Assembly (NCBI GenBank): GCA_034437655.1 | Contig: DAOTTU010000046.1 | Coordinates: 55,115 to 119,114 of the forward strand | Reading direction: 5' to 3' | Length of the DNA stretch: 64,000 nucleotides | Source of the DNA: Anaerolineae bacterium | GTDB taxonomy: Bacteria; Chloroflexota; Anaerolineae; Aggregatilineales; J027 | Part shown: positions 1-9,651 of the stretch, one piece after another | Layout: each line of letters starts with the position of its first letter | Numbering within the stretch: position 1 is the first letter of the stretch | Made by a program: the position numbers and the translations under genes | The notes under the pieces: generated by a model | The model's database searches: none | What the model saw: only the letters and a program-made list of their open reading frames with translations | What the model was told of the DNA's origin: nothing

Positions 1-327
1 CTGTTAGAACGTATCCCGGCGACGCATAAGGTGGTTCCTATTCCAGCGACGCCGCCTGTTTACCGCGACATTGCGCTGATTGTAGACGGAAACCGCCCGG
101 CGGCTGAGGTTGAGTCATTGTTGTGGCAGCATGGTGGGGAGTGGCTGCGCTCGGTGACCTTGTTCGATGTGTATGAGGGCGCACCGATTGCCGATGGCAA
201 AAAGTCGCTGGCCTATGCACTGGTCTTCCAGACGGACGAAGAAACGCTCAGTGACAAGAAGGTCAATAAGTTGTTCAAAAAGATCGTCAGCGCCCTAGAA
301 GCTGAAGGGGCTGCGCTCCGTAGCTAA
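1..327 (+). CDS. pheT: Phenylalanine-tRNA ligase beta subunit, C-terminal anticodon-binding domain (5'-truncated by the window edge)
   Basis: Frame is open from base 1. Motifs P-x-V-x-RDIALIV, LFDVYEG and GKKSLAY match the PheT FDX-ACB domain. Confidence 0.93.
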   Translation: MLERIPATHKVVPIPATPPVYRDIALIVDGNRPAAEVESLLWQHGGEWLRSVTLFDVYEGAPIADGKKSLAYALVFQTDEETLSDKKVNKLFKKIVSALEAEGAALRS

Positions 328-363
328 TTTATAACCCCTCTACAAAGGCATTGATGCGTTGAT

Positions 364-396
364 AGGCAGGTGCGCGTACAGTACCTGTCTTTTTTT
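364..396 (+). terminator. Intrinsic terminator after pheT
   Basis: AGGCAGGTGC-(GCGTACA)-GTACCTGTCT stem with G-U pairs, followed by a T run. Confidence 0.75.
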
Positions 397-499
397 CGTT
401 CATTTCGCAAACGGCCGGCGTTGCTTCATGTGCTGCTCACACGTACGTGATACAACCGACGTAACAATTGGGGTAGTTTCAGGACAAAAGGTTGTTTAC

Positions 500-1381
500 A
501 TGCGATGGGTACGGGCTTTGTTTGCCATGTCACGACCGCTACAACTGGTGGCGGTAACATTGGTTTATCTGATTGGTGTTGCAATTGCTGGCGCAATGGA
601 TATCGACCTTGAACGCAACGCCTTATGGCTTGGCTATCTGGCACTAATTCCAACCAGCGCCAGCATCCACTATGCCAATGAATACGCCGATTATGAAACC
701 GATGCACTCACGACTCGTACCCCATTTTCTGGCGGGAGCGGCGCGCTGCCAGAGACAGGGCTACCGCGCTGGTTAGCATTGCGGGCGGCGCAGGCAACGC
801 TTGGTATCGGGAGTTTAATTGCGCTGGTCGGTGTGTTGTTGAATGTGTTGAGTGTGGCGGCGCTGTTTGTGCTGGCATTCGGTGCTTTTTTCGGCTGGAT
901 GTATTCGTTGCCGCCCTTACAACTCGCCTGGCGTGGCTGGGGAGAACTGGACAACGCGGCGCTGGGGGGTGTGGTGTTGCCGCTATACGGCTTTACTGTA
1001 CAAGCCGGGTACATTGACCCGGAAGTCATCGCGATTTGTCTACCGTTTGGCGCATTGGTGTTTATCAATCTGCTGGCGACCACGTGGCCGGATCGTACCG
1101 CTGATGCACAGGTCGGCAAATATACGCTGGCAACCCAATGGCCCTATCGTCGCTTGCGAGCTTTATATGCTGCGGGGGCGATGACGGGCTTTGGTGCGCT
1201 GCTGGCTATGGCGAATTGGTTGGTACCACCGTTAGTGCTGGCTGCGGCATTGCTCCCCGTGCCGATTGTGCTGTGGGGATGGGTGGTCTATACGCGCTGG
1301 GAAACCCCATTCCCGACGGTATTTGCGATGGTCATCATGATGAACGCTTATCTGCTAAGTTGGGGGATTCTGGCGTTTTAA
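500..1381 (+). CDS. UbiA-family prenyltransferase (MenA-like, 1,4-dihydroxy-2-naphthoate polyprenyltransferase-like)
   Basis: Multi-pass hydrophobic protein with the Asp-rich motif NEYADYETD..RTPFSGGSG, a second motif DRTADAQVGKYTLA and an N-terminal SRP motif. Start moved to ATG 500. Confidence 0.82.
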   Translation: MRWVRALFAMSRPLQLVAVTLVYLIGVAIAGAMDIDLERNALWLGYLALIPTSASIHYANEYADYETDALTTRTPFSGGSGALPETGLPRWLALRAAQATLGIGSLIALVGVLLNVLSVAALFVLAFGAFFGWMYSLPPLQLAWRGWGELDNAALGGVVLPLYGFTVQAGYIDPEVIAICLPFGALVFINLLATTWPDRTADAQVGKYTLATQWPYRRLRALYAAGAMTGFGALLAMANWLVPPLVLAAALLPVPIVLWGWVVYTRWETPFPTVFAMVIMMNAYLLSWGILAF

Positions 1382-2031
1382 AATTGTCCGGCAAGGTGGT
1401 CCGCAGCGCGAATCGGTTCGGGGAGTTTGTAGCGTGTGGTGCAGTTCAAAATGAGTTGCACCGACGTGTCGAGCGTGGTTTTGTGACCCACCGATATATA
1501 AACAGGTTTGACCCGCGTTCGTGTGCGCACCAGCATTCCGACGGTTTCGCCGCGGTCAATAATGGGCGTTGTATTACCTTTTTCAGCGCCAAGCGTGTCG
1601 TGTTTCCCGATAAGCCGACTTTTTCCACAACCGACACTCGGCTTCTGTAACCATAAACCTATGTGGGCTGCAATTCCCAGCCGCCGGGGGTGCATAATAC
1701 CCTGCCCATCAAAGATGTACACGTCTGGTTTGATTTCCAGTTTGGCGTGGGCCTTCAGGATGACTTCACCTTCGCGAAACGTCAGCAACCCGGGGATATA
1801 GGGAAACGGTGTTGTGATGGCTTCCGTCGCCGTCTCAACAATTTCAAGTTCCGGGTAAGACATGACGACAATTGCAGCACGACTCACCTTGTCTTTGACA
1901 CTGCAATCGACGCCAGCAACATAGCGAATGCGGTCAAGTTTAAGGGGGGTGCTGGTATCAACCTGTGCAGCAAGTTGGTGCTGAAGTGCAATTGCATCGT
2001 TTGCTGATAAATCCCATGAATGCGGTATCAT
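1378..2031 (-). CDS. nfi: Endonuclease V (deoxyinosine 3' endonuclease)
   Basis: VAGVD, PFPYIPGLLTFRE, DGQG..HPRRLGIAAH and GCGKSRL motifs. ATG 2031 has a GAAGG SD; TTG 2043 is an alternative start. Confidence 0.95.
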   Translation of the reverse strand: MIPHSWDLSANDAIALQHQLAAQVDTSTPLKLDRIRYVAGVDCSVKDKVSRAAIVVMSYPELEIVETATEAITTPFPYIPGLLTFREGEVILKAHAKLEIKPDVYIFDGQGIMHPRRLGIAAHIGLWLQKPSVGCGKSRLIGKHDTLGAEKGNTTPIIDRGETVGMLVRTRTRVKPVYISVGHKTTLDTSVQLILNCTTRYKLPEPIRAADHLAGQF

Positions 2032-2039
2032 ATCTGCCT

Positions 2040-3254
2040 TCAAATATTGGGTTCTTGATGCATATCAACGTTTTCGGCGCTGTTAACGTCCGGCGAAATC
2101 GCGTTGAGTAAAAAGCTGGCGAATAAATGCGGCCGGATATTGTCGAAGTTCATCGTACCTGTTTCTAGCAAGATGCCTTTATTGATCATCAGGCGCGGAT
2201 AGGGCTCATGGGCATTTACCCCATAATCATGCTGCTGTTGCCGTGCCCGCACCATGCCAAACAACACCTGACGCTCGGCCGGGCTCAGGCTACGCCAGAT
2301 GGTTTTGCACTCATCCTGTATTTCAGTGATGTGCAGCAGGGTTGAAATCACTTCTATGTCTGACATATTCGGTTTCAGCAGATTATGCGGCGCATACGCT
2401 GAAAATGCTGCCCGTAGTAACCCCGCATGGCCCCCTGTCACCGCCATGAGTTGCTCGCGGAGTTCGAGCGGCGGTGCAGGCAAGTCGCGGCGCACCGACA
2501 TTCGCCGGAAGGTTTGCTCGGTGTCAGAGGGGCGATACGGTAGCAGGAAATGGCGCGAAAAGAGTTCAATAAACGGTTCATAATCGTCGTAACGGTTCTG
2601 GTCAATCAGCAATGGCATAATCTGACGCGACGTGGTCAGGTAAATCACCCGGTCTTTATACTGATCGCGCAGACTCCGTAATGTTTGGAAAAAACGGGGT
2701 GGTAATTCTGCCAGAAACTTCTCAAACTCATCGAAAATGAAAATTAGGCGTAGGTTATTGCTTACATCAAAAATGCGCTGCACGATGTCTTCTAAATACC
2801 GAAATGCGATAATATGCACCTTGTCACTGCCTTCGGGCCACATTTGCAGATACATCGCATAGAGCTGGTCAGGGTGGGCCGGGTCGCCGGGGGGCAAATG
2901 GTTGAGGAGTTGATGGGTTGCCACCGCGCGCAACAGGCGCGAGGTAATTAACTCATAGCCATTCCAGCTTGACGGTTGTGTGGGGTCCATCGCGCTGGGG
3001 ATTGGTGCCAGAAGACTGTTTGCATCTAAGCCAATGAAAACACAGTGTGCCTGTTCTTGAAAGCGTCCGTATAGAAATTGATCCTGCACATCACGCCGAA
3101 CAAGGTGCCGCACAAAGTTCGATTTACCGACACTGCCGACGCCAATGATCTCCGCTGACACACCAGCATGGACCAGACGAAAGACGCTTTCGGTATCTGC
3201 GCTGCGAAAGTTAAAATCCAGCCGAGGAGATGGATTAGGATTATAATTGACCAT
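2040..3254 (-). CDS. P-loop NTPase (AAA-like/STAND-type) with a C-terminal helical region, function unknown
   Basis: Walker A GVGSVGKS, Walker B LIFIFDEFE, downstream LxxLRDQY and TGGHAGLL motifs. Confidence 0.75.
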   Translation of the reverse strand: MVNYNPNPSPRLDFNFRSADTESVFRLVHAGVSAEIIGVGSVGKSNFVRHLVRRDVQDQFLYGRFQEQAHCVFIGLDANSLLAPIPSAMDPTQPSSWNGYELITSRLLRAVATHQLLNHLPPGDPAHPDQLYAMYLQMWPEGSDKVHIIAFRYLEDIVQRIFDVSNNLRLIFIFDEFEKFLAELPPRFFQTLRSLRDQYKDRVIYLTTSRQIMPLLIDQNRYDDYEPFIELFSRHFLLPYRPSDTEQTFRRMSVRRDLPAPPLELREQLMAVTGGHAGLLRAAFSAYAPHNLLKPNMSDIEVISTLLHITEIQDECKTIWRSLSPAERQVLFGMVRARQQQHDYGVNAHEPYPRLMINKGILLETGTMNFDNIRPHLFASFLLNAISPDVNSAENVDMHQEPNI

Positions 3255-3346
3255 GAAAAATGCCCTTTGTACCGCTTCCGACGCCCTGTAGTATTAAAGT
3301 TTTCAGGCAAAATGCCAAGCCTTAACTTTTTGGAGGAAAACACCCC

Positions 3347-4063
3347 ATGCATGAGGCTGCACAGCAATGGATAGGCAAGCAAATCCCGGTTCTAGACAAA
3401 GGATTCCTTGAATTACAGGCAGTGATGGGCGATGACCTGTCGATTGTCAACGCGGCGCGGGTGTCGTTTTTGGGGGAAAGCAAAGGCCCTGAGCGCGACA
3501 AGAAACTGCTCTTTTACCTGTTGCGCAACCGTCACACCTCACCGTTTGAAATGGTAGAGTTTAAATGGCGGCTTCGTGCGCCCGTAGTCGTGTTCTGGCA
3601 ATTGGTGCGGCACCGTACGGCGAATATCAACATGCAAAGCGGCCGCTATACCCCCTTTGAGGAAAACGACTTCTACATACCAACAGAATGGCGCAGACAG
3701 TCGGCAAGCAATAAACAGGCCAGCGATGGCGTTATTGATACCGAAACTGATGCTGCCTTGCTAAAAAAACTCCTCGCACACTACGACCAGTCCTATGCAC
3801 TCTATACCGAAGCACTGGAAGCGGGTGTGGCCAAAGAGCAAGCGCGGTTGTTCTTGCCAGCATTTGCCGTCTATTACACCGCTGTCTGGAAGATTGACGC
3901 CCATAACCTGATGCACTTCCTCAGCCTGCGCATGGCACCTGACGCCCAATGGGAAATTCGCCAGTATGCGGCCGCAATGTATCCCATTTTCGCGGCAATT
4001 TTACCCTGGACCGCCGAAGCCTTCCGTGAATATCGAATGCCGACGCTGGACCTACCTGAGTAG
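3347..4063 (+). CDS. thyX: FAD-dependent thymidylate synthase
   Basis: NAARVSF, HTSPFEM, RHRTANINMQSGRY (RHRx7SxR signature), EQAR, LMHFLSLR..AQWEIR. Confidence 0.96.
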   Translation: MHEAAQQWIGKQIPVLDKGFLELQAVMGDDLSIVNAARVSFLGESKGPERDKKLLFYLLRNRHTSPFEMVEFKWRLRAPVVVFWQLVRHRTANINMQSGRYTPFEENDFYIPTEWRRQSASNKQASDGVIDTETDAALLKKLLAHYDQSYALYTEALEAGVAKEQARLFLPAFAVYYTAVWKIDAHNLMHFLSLRMAPDAQWEIRQYAAAMYPIFAAILPWTAEAFREYRMPTLDLPE

Positions 4064-4068
4064 CCTGA

Positions 4069-6651
4069 CTACATCAAACGTACTCTGCTCCCGGCGCTGG
4101 TTTTTTCGACTTCCAGGCGGACGGGGAAAGCATCACGGAGTTCGTCAATGTGGGTGATAACCAGGATCAGGTCGAAGTCGTCTTGAATGGCAGTGATCGC
4201 CTCGACAAGGCGTTCGCGTCCACTGGCATCCTGTGTACCAAAGCCTTCGTCAATGAACAGCGTGCGCAACTGTGCCCCGGCGCGACGTGCCAACAACTGA
4301 CTGACCGCCACCCGAATGGCAAAATTGATGCGGAAGGCCTCACCGCCGCTGTAAAGCTGATAGTCGCGGGTGCCCAATTCATCGCTGATGGAAATGTCGA
4401 ATGTTTCAGCCACACCACCGGTTTTCTTTTCACGCTGAGTGTCAAACCGGACGACCAACCGACCGTCTGTCATGCGCCGCAAGAGATGGTTGGTCGCGTC
4501 TTCCAGTTCAGGCACCGCCGCTTCTATGACCATCGTCGGGATACCGTTTTTGCTAAACGCAACGCGAATTTCCTCGAACACACCTTTGCTTTGGTTCAAT
4601 TCATCCAACAGCGTCTTTTCTTGCTTGAGCTTCTCGCGCTTCTGCTCAATGGCTCGCAAGGTTTGTCGCAACCCGATGACCTTTTCGTGCAGTTGGCGCT
4701 CAGTGGTGCGCAGTTCGGTCCAGGCTTTTTCACGGCGATTCATTTCTAGCACGCGGGCTTCGCGTTCGACCAACTCAGCTTCCTCAGCAGTGTATTGTTC
4801 TTCCAGATCAGTAATATACTGCTGATAGCGCTCATATTGTGCAGTGGTATCGTCTAATGATTCCTGCAAGTTCTGCATGGACTCTAGCGCTGTGCTAAGC
4901 AGGGTTGCCTCTTGCTGAAAACCACGATAGGCGTCGAGTGTTTCTTTGATTTCAGAGTGCGTATCCTGGCTATAATTCAGGGCGTCGCGTTGCTCATAAA
5001 GTGCGATCAGTTCCTGTTGCAACTCGTGCGCAAAATCACGGTCAGCCAGTACCCGTTCCCATTCTTGAACAGCCCGCTTCATGGATTGAGCTTCTTCTTC
5101 GGCGGCGTGGGCTTCTTCAAGCTGGCGTTCAATGCTACCGACTTTGCTTTGCAACGGCTTCAAATCTGTAAGCCCGTTTTGCAGCACACGGATCGACCCC
5201 TGCCGCTCTTTGACCTCTGCGACGATGTCTTTGATGCGTTGTTTGTTGGCGCGGAAGGTGTCGCCCATGTCAGTACCCTGTTGGGTGTATTCTGCAATCA
5301 GGTTAAGGCGATGTTCTTCATTGAGTGGTTGGCCACACGCCGGGCAAACAGTGTCTGCGGCTTGCTGAAGCGTGTCAATCCGCATTTTGATGTCGTCCAT
5401 TTGTTCTTTAAGGCCCGTGTTTTCGCCCTTGAGTTCGCCTTCTTCCGCCCGGAGAGCTGCAATTTCATCTTTCAGGGTCTGGACACGAGTATCGTCCATT
5501 TCCAGGAGGCTGATGCGCTGTCGCAACTTATCAATTTCTTGTTGTAATTCAGCGGCCGCGTCTGCCTGTTTCAAGTTACGTTCAATCACGCCACTGGAAG
5601 ACGAAATCTGCTTGTGCAACTCGGCTTCTTGCTCACGAATTTGTGCTTCAACTTCATAGATCGACTGGTTCAGGTTGTTGAGGAGTTGAAGCTGGTCGGC
5701 AAGGGAATCGTTCATCTCCTGTGCTTCAACAAGGCGGGCATACCCATCTTCAATGGCTTCACGGCGTTCGATGATGTCTTGATATTGGGCAATCTGTCCT
5801 TGCAAACGCTCTCGTCGCGCTTTGATGGTTGTCATTTCTTTAGACTGGCGTTCAATGTCGCGCTGTAGGCGACTGATGGCGTCTTTGGTGTTGCGAAATT
5901 CAATGTCAGCGCCTGCTAGCTCACGGAAGGCGGCTCCGGCTTGTTCAGCCTGGTCGCGGGCGTGTTCGTATTCCTGGCTAGCCCGGCTATATTCTTGCTG
6001 AAACGCTGGTTCTTGTGCGATTTCTTCTTCAAGTTTCTTGATTTCAGCCGTGGTTGCATTTAAATCGGCTTCAATCTGCGCGAGTTTGTCTTTGGCGCGT
6101 TTTTCATACAGCGCCCATACATCCAGATTCAGAATTTCAGTGAGAATGCGCTTGCGATTCGCAGCAGTTTGTACAGTGAAGGCGTCGGCGTTGCCCTGTT
6201 GTAAATAAGCGGAATTGATAAATGTTTCATGGTCTAGCCCAATGACAGCATTAATCCGCGCTTGTGTCTGTCGCATAGAGGGTTCGCTGATGATGCGATA
6301 GGTGTTTTCCTCGGGGACCCAGCCAAGCAGGTCAAGTGTACTGGTGCCAGCGCCGCGCCCACCTGTTTTGCGTTTACGTCCAATTTTGCGATGCCGTCGA
6401 ATGCGGTAAAATTCATCACCCTGTACGAAGTCCAATGTGATAGACATTTCCTCTTGCCCGATATGTATCAGGTCGTCGTCGGACCGCGCGCGCGACTTGC
6501 CCCAGATGGCCCAGGTAATCGCGTCTAAAATAGAGGATTTGCCGGCACCGTTTGGGCCGCTTAAACAGGCCAGGTGAATGCCTTCAAAGTAGATTGCGTC
6601 TGGCGTGCGGTAGGCCAGAAAATTCACCAGTTCAAGGCGCGTGGGTAGCAT
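4069..6651 (-). CDS. sbcC: SbcC/Rad50 SMC-family ATPase
   Basis: Walker A GPNGAGKSS, Q-loop, long coiled coils, central Zn-hook CPACG, signature YSGGE, Walker B LFIDEGFG, H-loop ITH. Confidence 0.9.
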   Translation of the reverse strand: MLPTRLELVNFLAYRTPDAIYFEGIHLACLSGPNGAGKSSILDAITWAIWGKSRARSDDDLIHIGQEEMSITLDFVQGDEFYRIRRHRKIGRKRKTGGRGAGTSTLDLLGWVPEENTYRIISEPSMRQTQARINAVIGLDHETFINSAYLQQGNADAFTVQTAANRKRILTEILNLDVWALYEKRAKDKLAQIEADLNATTAEIKKLEEEIAQEPAFQQEYSRASQEYEHARDQAEQAGAAFRELAGADIEFRNTKDAISRLQRDIERQSKEMTTIKARRERLQGQIAQYQDIIERREAIEDGYARLVEAQEMNDSLADQLQLLNNLNQSIYEVEAQIREQEAELHKQISSSSGVIERNLKQADAAAELQQEIDKLRQRISLLEMDDTRVQTLKDEIAALRAEEGELKGENTGLKEQMDDIKMRIDTLQQAADTVCPACGQPLNEEHRLNLIAEYTQQGTDMGDTFRANKQRIKDIVAEVKERQGSIRVLQNGLTDLKPLQSKVGSIERQLEEAHAAEEEAQSMKRAVQEWERVLADRDFAHELQQELIALYEQRDALNYSQDTHSEIKETLDAYRGFQQEATLLSTALESMQNLQESLDDTTAQYERYQQYITDLEEQYTAEEAELVEREARVLEMNRREKAWTELRTTERQLHEKVIGLRQTLRAIEQKREKLKQEKTLLDELNQSKGVFEEIRVAFSKNGIPTMVIEAAVPELEDATNHLLRRMTDGRLVVRFDTQREKKTGGVAETFDISISDELGTRDYQLYSGGEAFRINFAIRVAVSQLLARRAGAQLRTLFIDEGFGTQDASGRERLVEAITAIQDDFDLILVITHIDELRDAFPVRLEVEKTSAGSRVRLM

Positions 6652-6710
6652 AAATTGAGTTTCCTATTGACCTTTGGCGGCAAGTTTGGTCTATTGTACA
6701 CGATTTCCAA

Positions 6711-6719
6711 TGCTATAAT
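6711..6719 (+). promoter_or_regulatory. Extended -10 promoter element (TGcTATAAT) for the 6761 gene
   Basis: Perfect TGnTATAAT about 40 nt upstream of ATG 6761. Confidence 0.6.
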
Positions 6720-6760
6720 GACGAGGTTATTCGTCAAGCCTGAATAGTAGAAAATCATAG

Positions 6761-7996
6761 ATGCAAGCAATACCCGCAGCGAATGATCTACGTATTGAAT
6801 TTGATGCTGAATCCTGGCGATTGGTGAGTCACGAACTAGAGACGGAAACCCGGCTGGTTGAGGCCACGCCCGAAGGGTTGGTTACGCACCCCGTCTTTCG
6901 AGCGGCCCGCTCATTGCCGGGGGCAACCATTGCGCCTGCACAGATTGTTCGTGTCATGCTGGGCTGGGCCCCAGAAAATGAAGCCTGGCGCCTGGGGCTA
7001 CTGCTAACCGATGGTAGCGCTACTGTGGTGGATACCACCCAGATGCAATGGTGTGAACTCGCTGCCTGGCCCGGTGAACTTTTCGAGGCTGACCCCCAGC
7101 GTTTACGCTATGCTGGTCAGGCGTTGGCCCGCCTGTTAAATCGGCCGTTTCAACTGGTCCCTCCCAGCACACCCTCCCGCGTGCCAGCAATCGGCACCAC
7201 CCCGGCACCACTTGACGACATAGATGCTGACCTTGACGCTGACGATGAAGACACGCCCGAAAACACCAACCTCTCAAACCCAACGGCCCAGACTGCGCCG
7301 CCAAACATACGGCACCTCGTCCCAGAAATTGAGGTGGCCGACCTGCCAATCATGGTCACACATTGGCGTTTAATACCGACCGCAACTGGTGTGCAATGGG
7401 AACGGTTGCAACGCTGGTGGCTGTTTGGGATAGGGCGCTTGGTGTTGATCTTCGCGCTGAGTGTGTTGTTTCTTGTACTCAGTATTGGGAGCTTGACCCG
7501 TGGTATTGCTGCTGTGGAGCCAACCTGGTTACCCAACCTCGGTGTGGCAATTGGTCTGGTGCTGGTGGTCGCGCTGTTACAAACGTTGTGGACTATGTTG
7601 AATAGCCGTATGGTTGCTGTAGATCGGTTTCGCGGCGAGCTTTATGAACGTGGAGTGCTATTGCCGTTCATCCATTGGCGCATTCCGTTTGACCAAATTG
7701 AATATATTCTCATCAGTCAGAATGCACCGCGGCCTATGGGGCGGCGGCAACATCGCGAGCCGATGCATACGGCTCAGGACATCTGGCTGCATGCCTTTGA
7801 CGGTCAGAATTTTTATACCATCATTCATTTTGAAGATGTCGAAGGGCGCTCATGGGATTGGACGACTGTAAGAACACATCATCGCACGCATGTTCGGCGT
7901 AATTTGCAGTTGGCACAATATGACACCCCTGCACATCATGCAGCCAGCCAAATAGCTGATATAATCGGGGTACCTGTTTATCTTGATCTAGTGTAG
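6761..7996 (+). CDS. Hypothetical membrane protein (two central TM helices, acidic/Pro linker)
   Basis: 411-aa ORF with two hydrophobic segments (WWLFGIGRLVLIF.., LGVAIGLVLVVALL..). No family recognised. Confidence 0.7.
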   Translation: MQAIPAANDLRIEFDAESWRLVSHELETETRLVEATPEGLVTHPVFRAARSLPGATIAPAQIVRVMLGWAPENEAWRLGLLLTDGSATVVDTTQMQWCELAAWPGELFEADPQRLRYAGQALARLLNRPFQLVPPSTPSRVPAIGTTPAPLDDIDADLDADDEDTPENTNLSNPTAQTAPPNIRHLVPEIEVADLPIMVTHWRLIPTATGVQWERLQRWWLFGIGRLVLIFALSVLFLVLSIGSLTRGIAAVEPTWLPNLGVAIGLVLVVALLQTLWTMLNSRMVAVDRFRGELYERGVLLPFIHWRIPFDQIEYILISQNAPRPMGRRQHREPMHTAQDIWLHAFDGQNFYTIIHFEDVEGRSWDWTTVRTHHRTHVRRNLQLAQYDTPAHHAASQIADIIGVPVYLDLV

Positions 7997-8015
7997 GTTG
8001 AGCTGTAGGTCTGTG

Positions 8016-9590
8016 ATGACTTTTGGACGTGATGACTATCGCAGCGATGAACAAGCGCGGCGTCTGCGTAACCGTAGCATTTTGTTATTCATCATCCTTG
8101 CGACGGTGCCCTGTTATGTTGTCGGTGCGATAATGTTAGGGGTTGCCCCCGATGATGATGACGTGATAACCGAAGACCGTACCCTTCCGGCCCCGGCCGA
8201 AGGGACTGATTCACTTGCTTCTGCAACCAGCACTGTGTCCCCAGACCCAACGGTCACATCTGTGTTGGATGCATCACGCGAGCCGACAACAACCCTTGCC
8301 GCAACACCACGACAGTTTAATCCACCGACGTCAACACGCTTCCCCACACGTGTATTCTTCACATCAACCCCGGCACCAAGCATTACGGTCAATCCTTCTG
8401 CTACAGCTACGCCAACCGCCTCACCCTCCGCCACGGCGACCAATTCGCCAGAGGCCACCGAACCACAGAACCGTGCGCCGATTCTGAATACACCGCTGCC
8501 AGATGTTGCACTTGAACCCGGTGAAACGCGCCCGGTGACTGTCGATGCTGATGACCCGGATAACGAACCAGTTAGCATCGTCGCCAGCTCTGATAATGCA
8601 GGCGCTGTGACGATTCAGGCCTACAACGATAATGGATTCACAATTCAAGCGGTTGCTGCGGGTAGCGCCACCATCACCGTCATTTTGAGCGATCCACAAA
8701 ACGCAGAAACTGCCGTCACGTTTGAGGCTACGGTTGCTGCCGCCAACCAGCCACCAACATTCCTACAAGAGCCAGCCCCCATCACTGTTGAAGTTGGTAC
8801 AGCTACCGCCCTGACGCTTGCCTTTGAAGACCCCAATGGTGATACGGTTATGTCGCAGGTTAGCATTGCTGATCAAGCTATTGCAATTGTTGGCAAAACG
8901 AATGAATCACAGTATGCGATTAGTGGTAATGCAGCGGGCGAAACCACGGCAACAATTAGCTTGAATGATGGCAATGGCGGCACCGCACAACGGACGATAA
9001 CCGTCACTGTGAACGAGCCACCACCACAAAACAGAGCGCCCACAATCAGTGCGATTGAACCTTCGCCACTGTCATTGACTAATGGGGATAGTACCGCCGT
9101 GTTTGTCACGGCTAACGACCCGGATGGTGATAACCTGACACTGAGCGTTACATCAGCCGCCCCTGCTACGGCTACAGCGTCTCGTATTGATAATCAGTCA
9201 TTTACAGTTCAGGCGCAGGCAGCAGGGACAACGACGATCACGGTTACCGTCAGCGATGGCAGCTTGACCGCTCAGCAAACCCTGTCTGTGACTGTAACAG
9301 CGCCCAACAGCCCGCCCAGCTTCAGCCAGGAGCCGCCAGCCAGCGTCACGCTAGCGCAGGGAGCCAGCCGACAGATTACGTTGGTCTACACTGATCCTGA
9401 TAACGATGCGGTGACATTGACGGTCTCAGCGACGACGCCGAATGTGGTGTCGTTACAGAAGATCAATGAGCAAGCATTTACAATCACGGGCACGAATGCA
9501 AGCTCTACACAGGTAACGATTCGGCTAAATGATGGGCGGGGAGGCACAGTAACACGCACAATTAACGTAACGGTGGCAGTAAATTCTTGA
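8016..9590 (+). CDS. Membrane-anchored surface protein with a P/T/S-rich linker and four cadherin/Ig-like repeats
   Basis: N-terminal TM helix, long PT/S linker, then four ~92-aa beta-rich repeats starting NRAP/NQPP/NRAP/NSPP, each with a D-P-(D/N)-x-(D/E) motif. Start moved to ATG 8016. Confidence 0.8.
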   Translation: MTFGRDDYRSDEQARRLRNRSILLFIILATVPCYVVGAIMLGVAPDDDDVITEDRTLPAPAEGTDSLASATSTVSPDPTVTSVLDASREPTTTLAATPRQFNPPTSTRFPTRVFFTSTPAPSITVNPSATATPTASPSATATNSPEATEPQNRAPILNTPLPDVALEPGETRPVTVDADDPDNEPVSIVASSDNAGAVTIQAYNDNGFTIQAVAAGSATITVILSDPQNAETAVTFEATVAAANQPPTFLQEPAPITVEVGTATALTLAFEDPNGDTVMSQVSIADQAIAIVGKTNESQYAISGNAAGETTATISLNDGNGGTAQRTITVTVNEPPPQNRAPTISAIEPSPLSLTNGDSTAVFVTANDPDGDNLTLSVTSAAPATATASRIDNQSFTVQAQAAGTTTITVTVSDGSLTAQQTLSVTVTAPNSPPSFSQEPPASVTLAQGASRQITLVYTDPDNDAVTLTVSATTPNVVSLQKINEQAFTITGTNASSTQVTIRLNDGRGGTVTRTINVTVAVNS

Positions 9591-9651
9591 GTTATTGTCT
9601 ATCGTGCGCTATAAACCACTTTGTATTCGAACTAAACTGGTGAAGTAATTT

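Noticed and set aside
359-499. N-terminal extension of the UbiA ORF from the ORF track (start 359)
   Set aside because: It runs through the pheT terminator and encodes non-family sequence; ATG 500 gives a typical MenA-like N-terminus.
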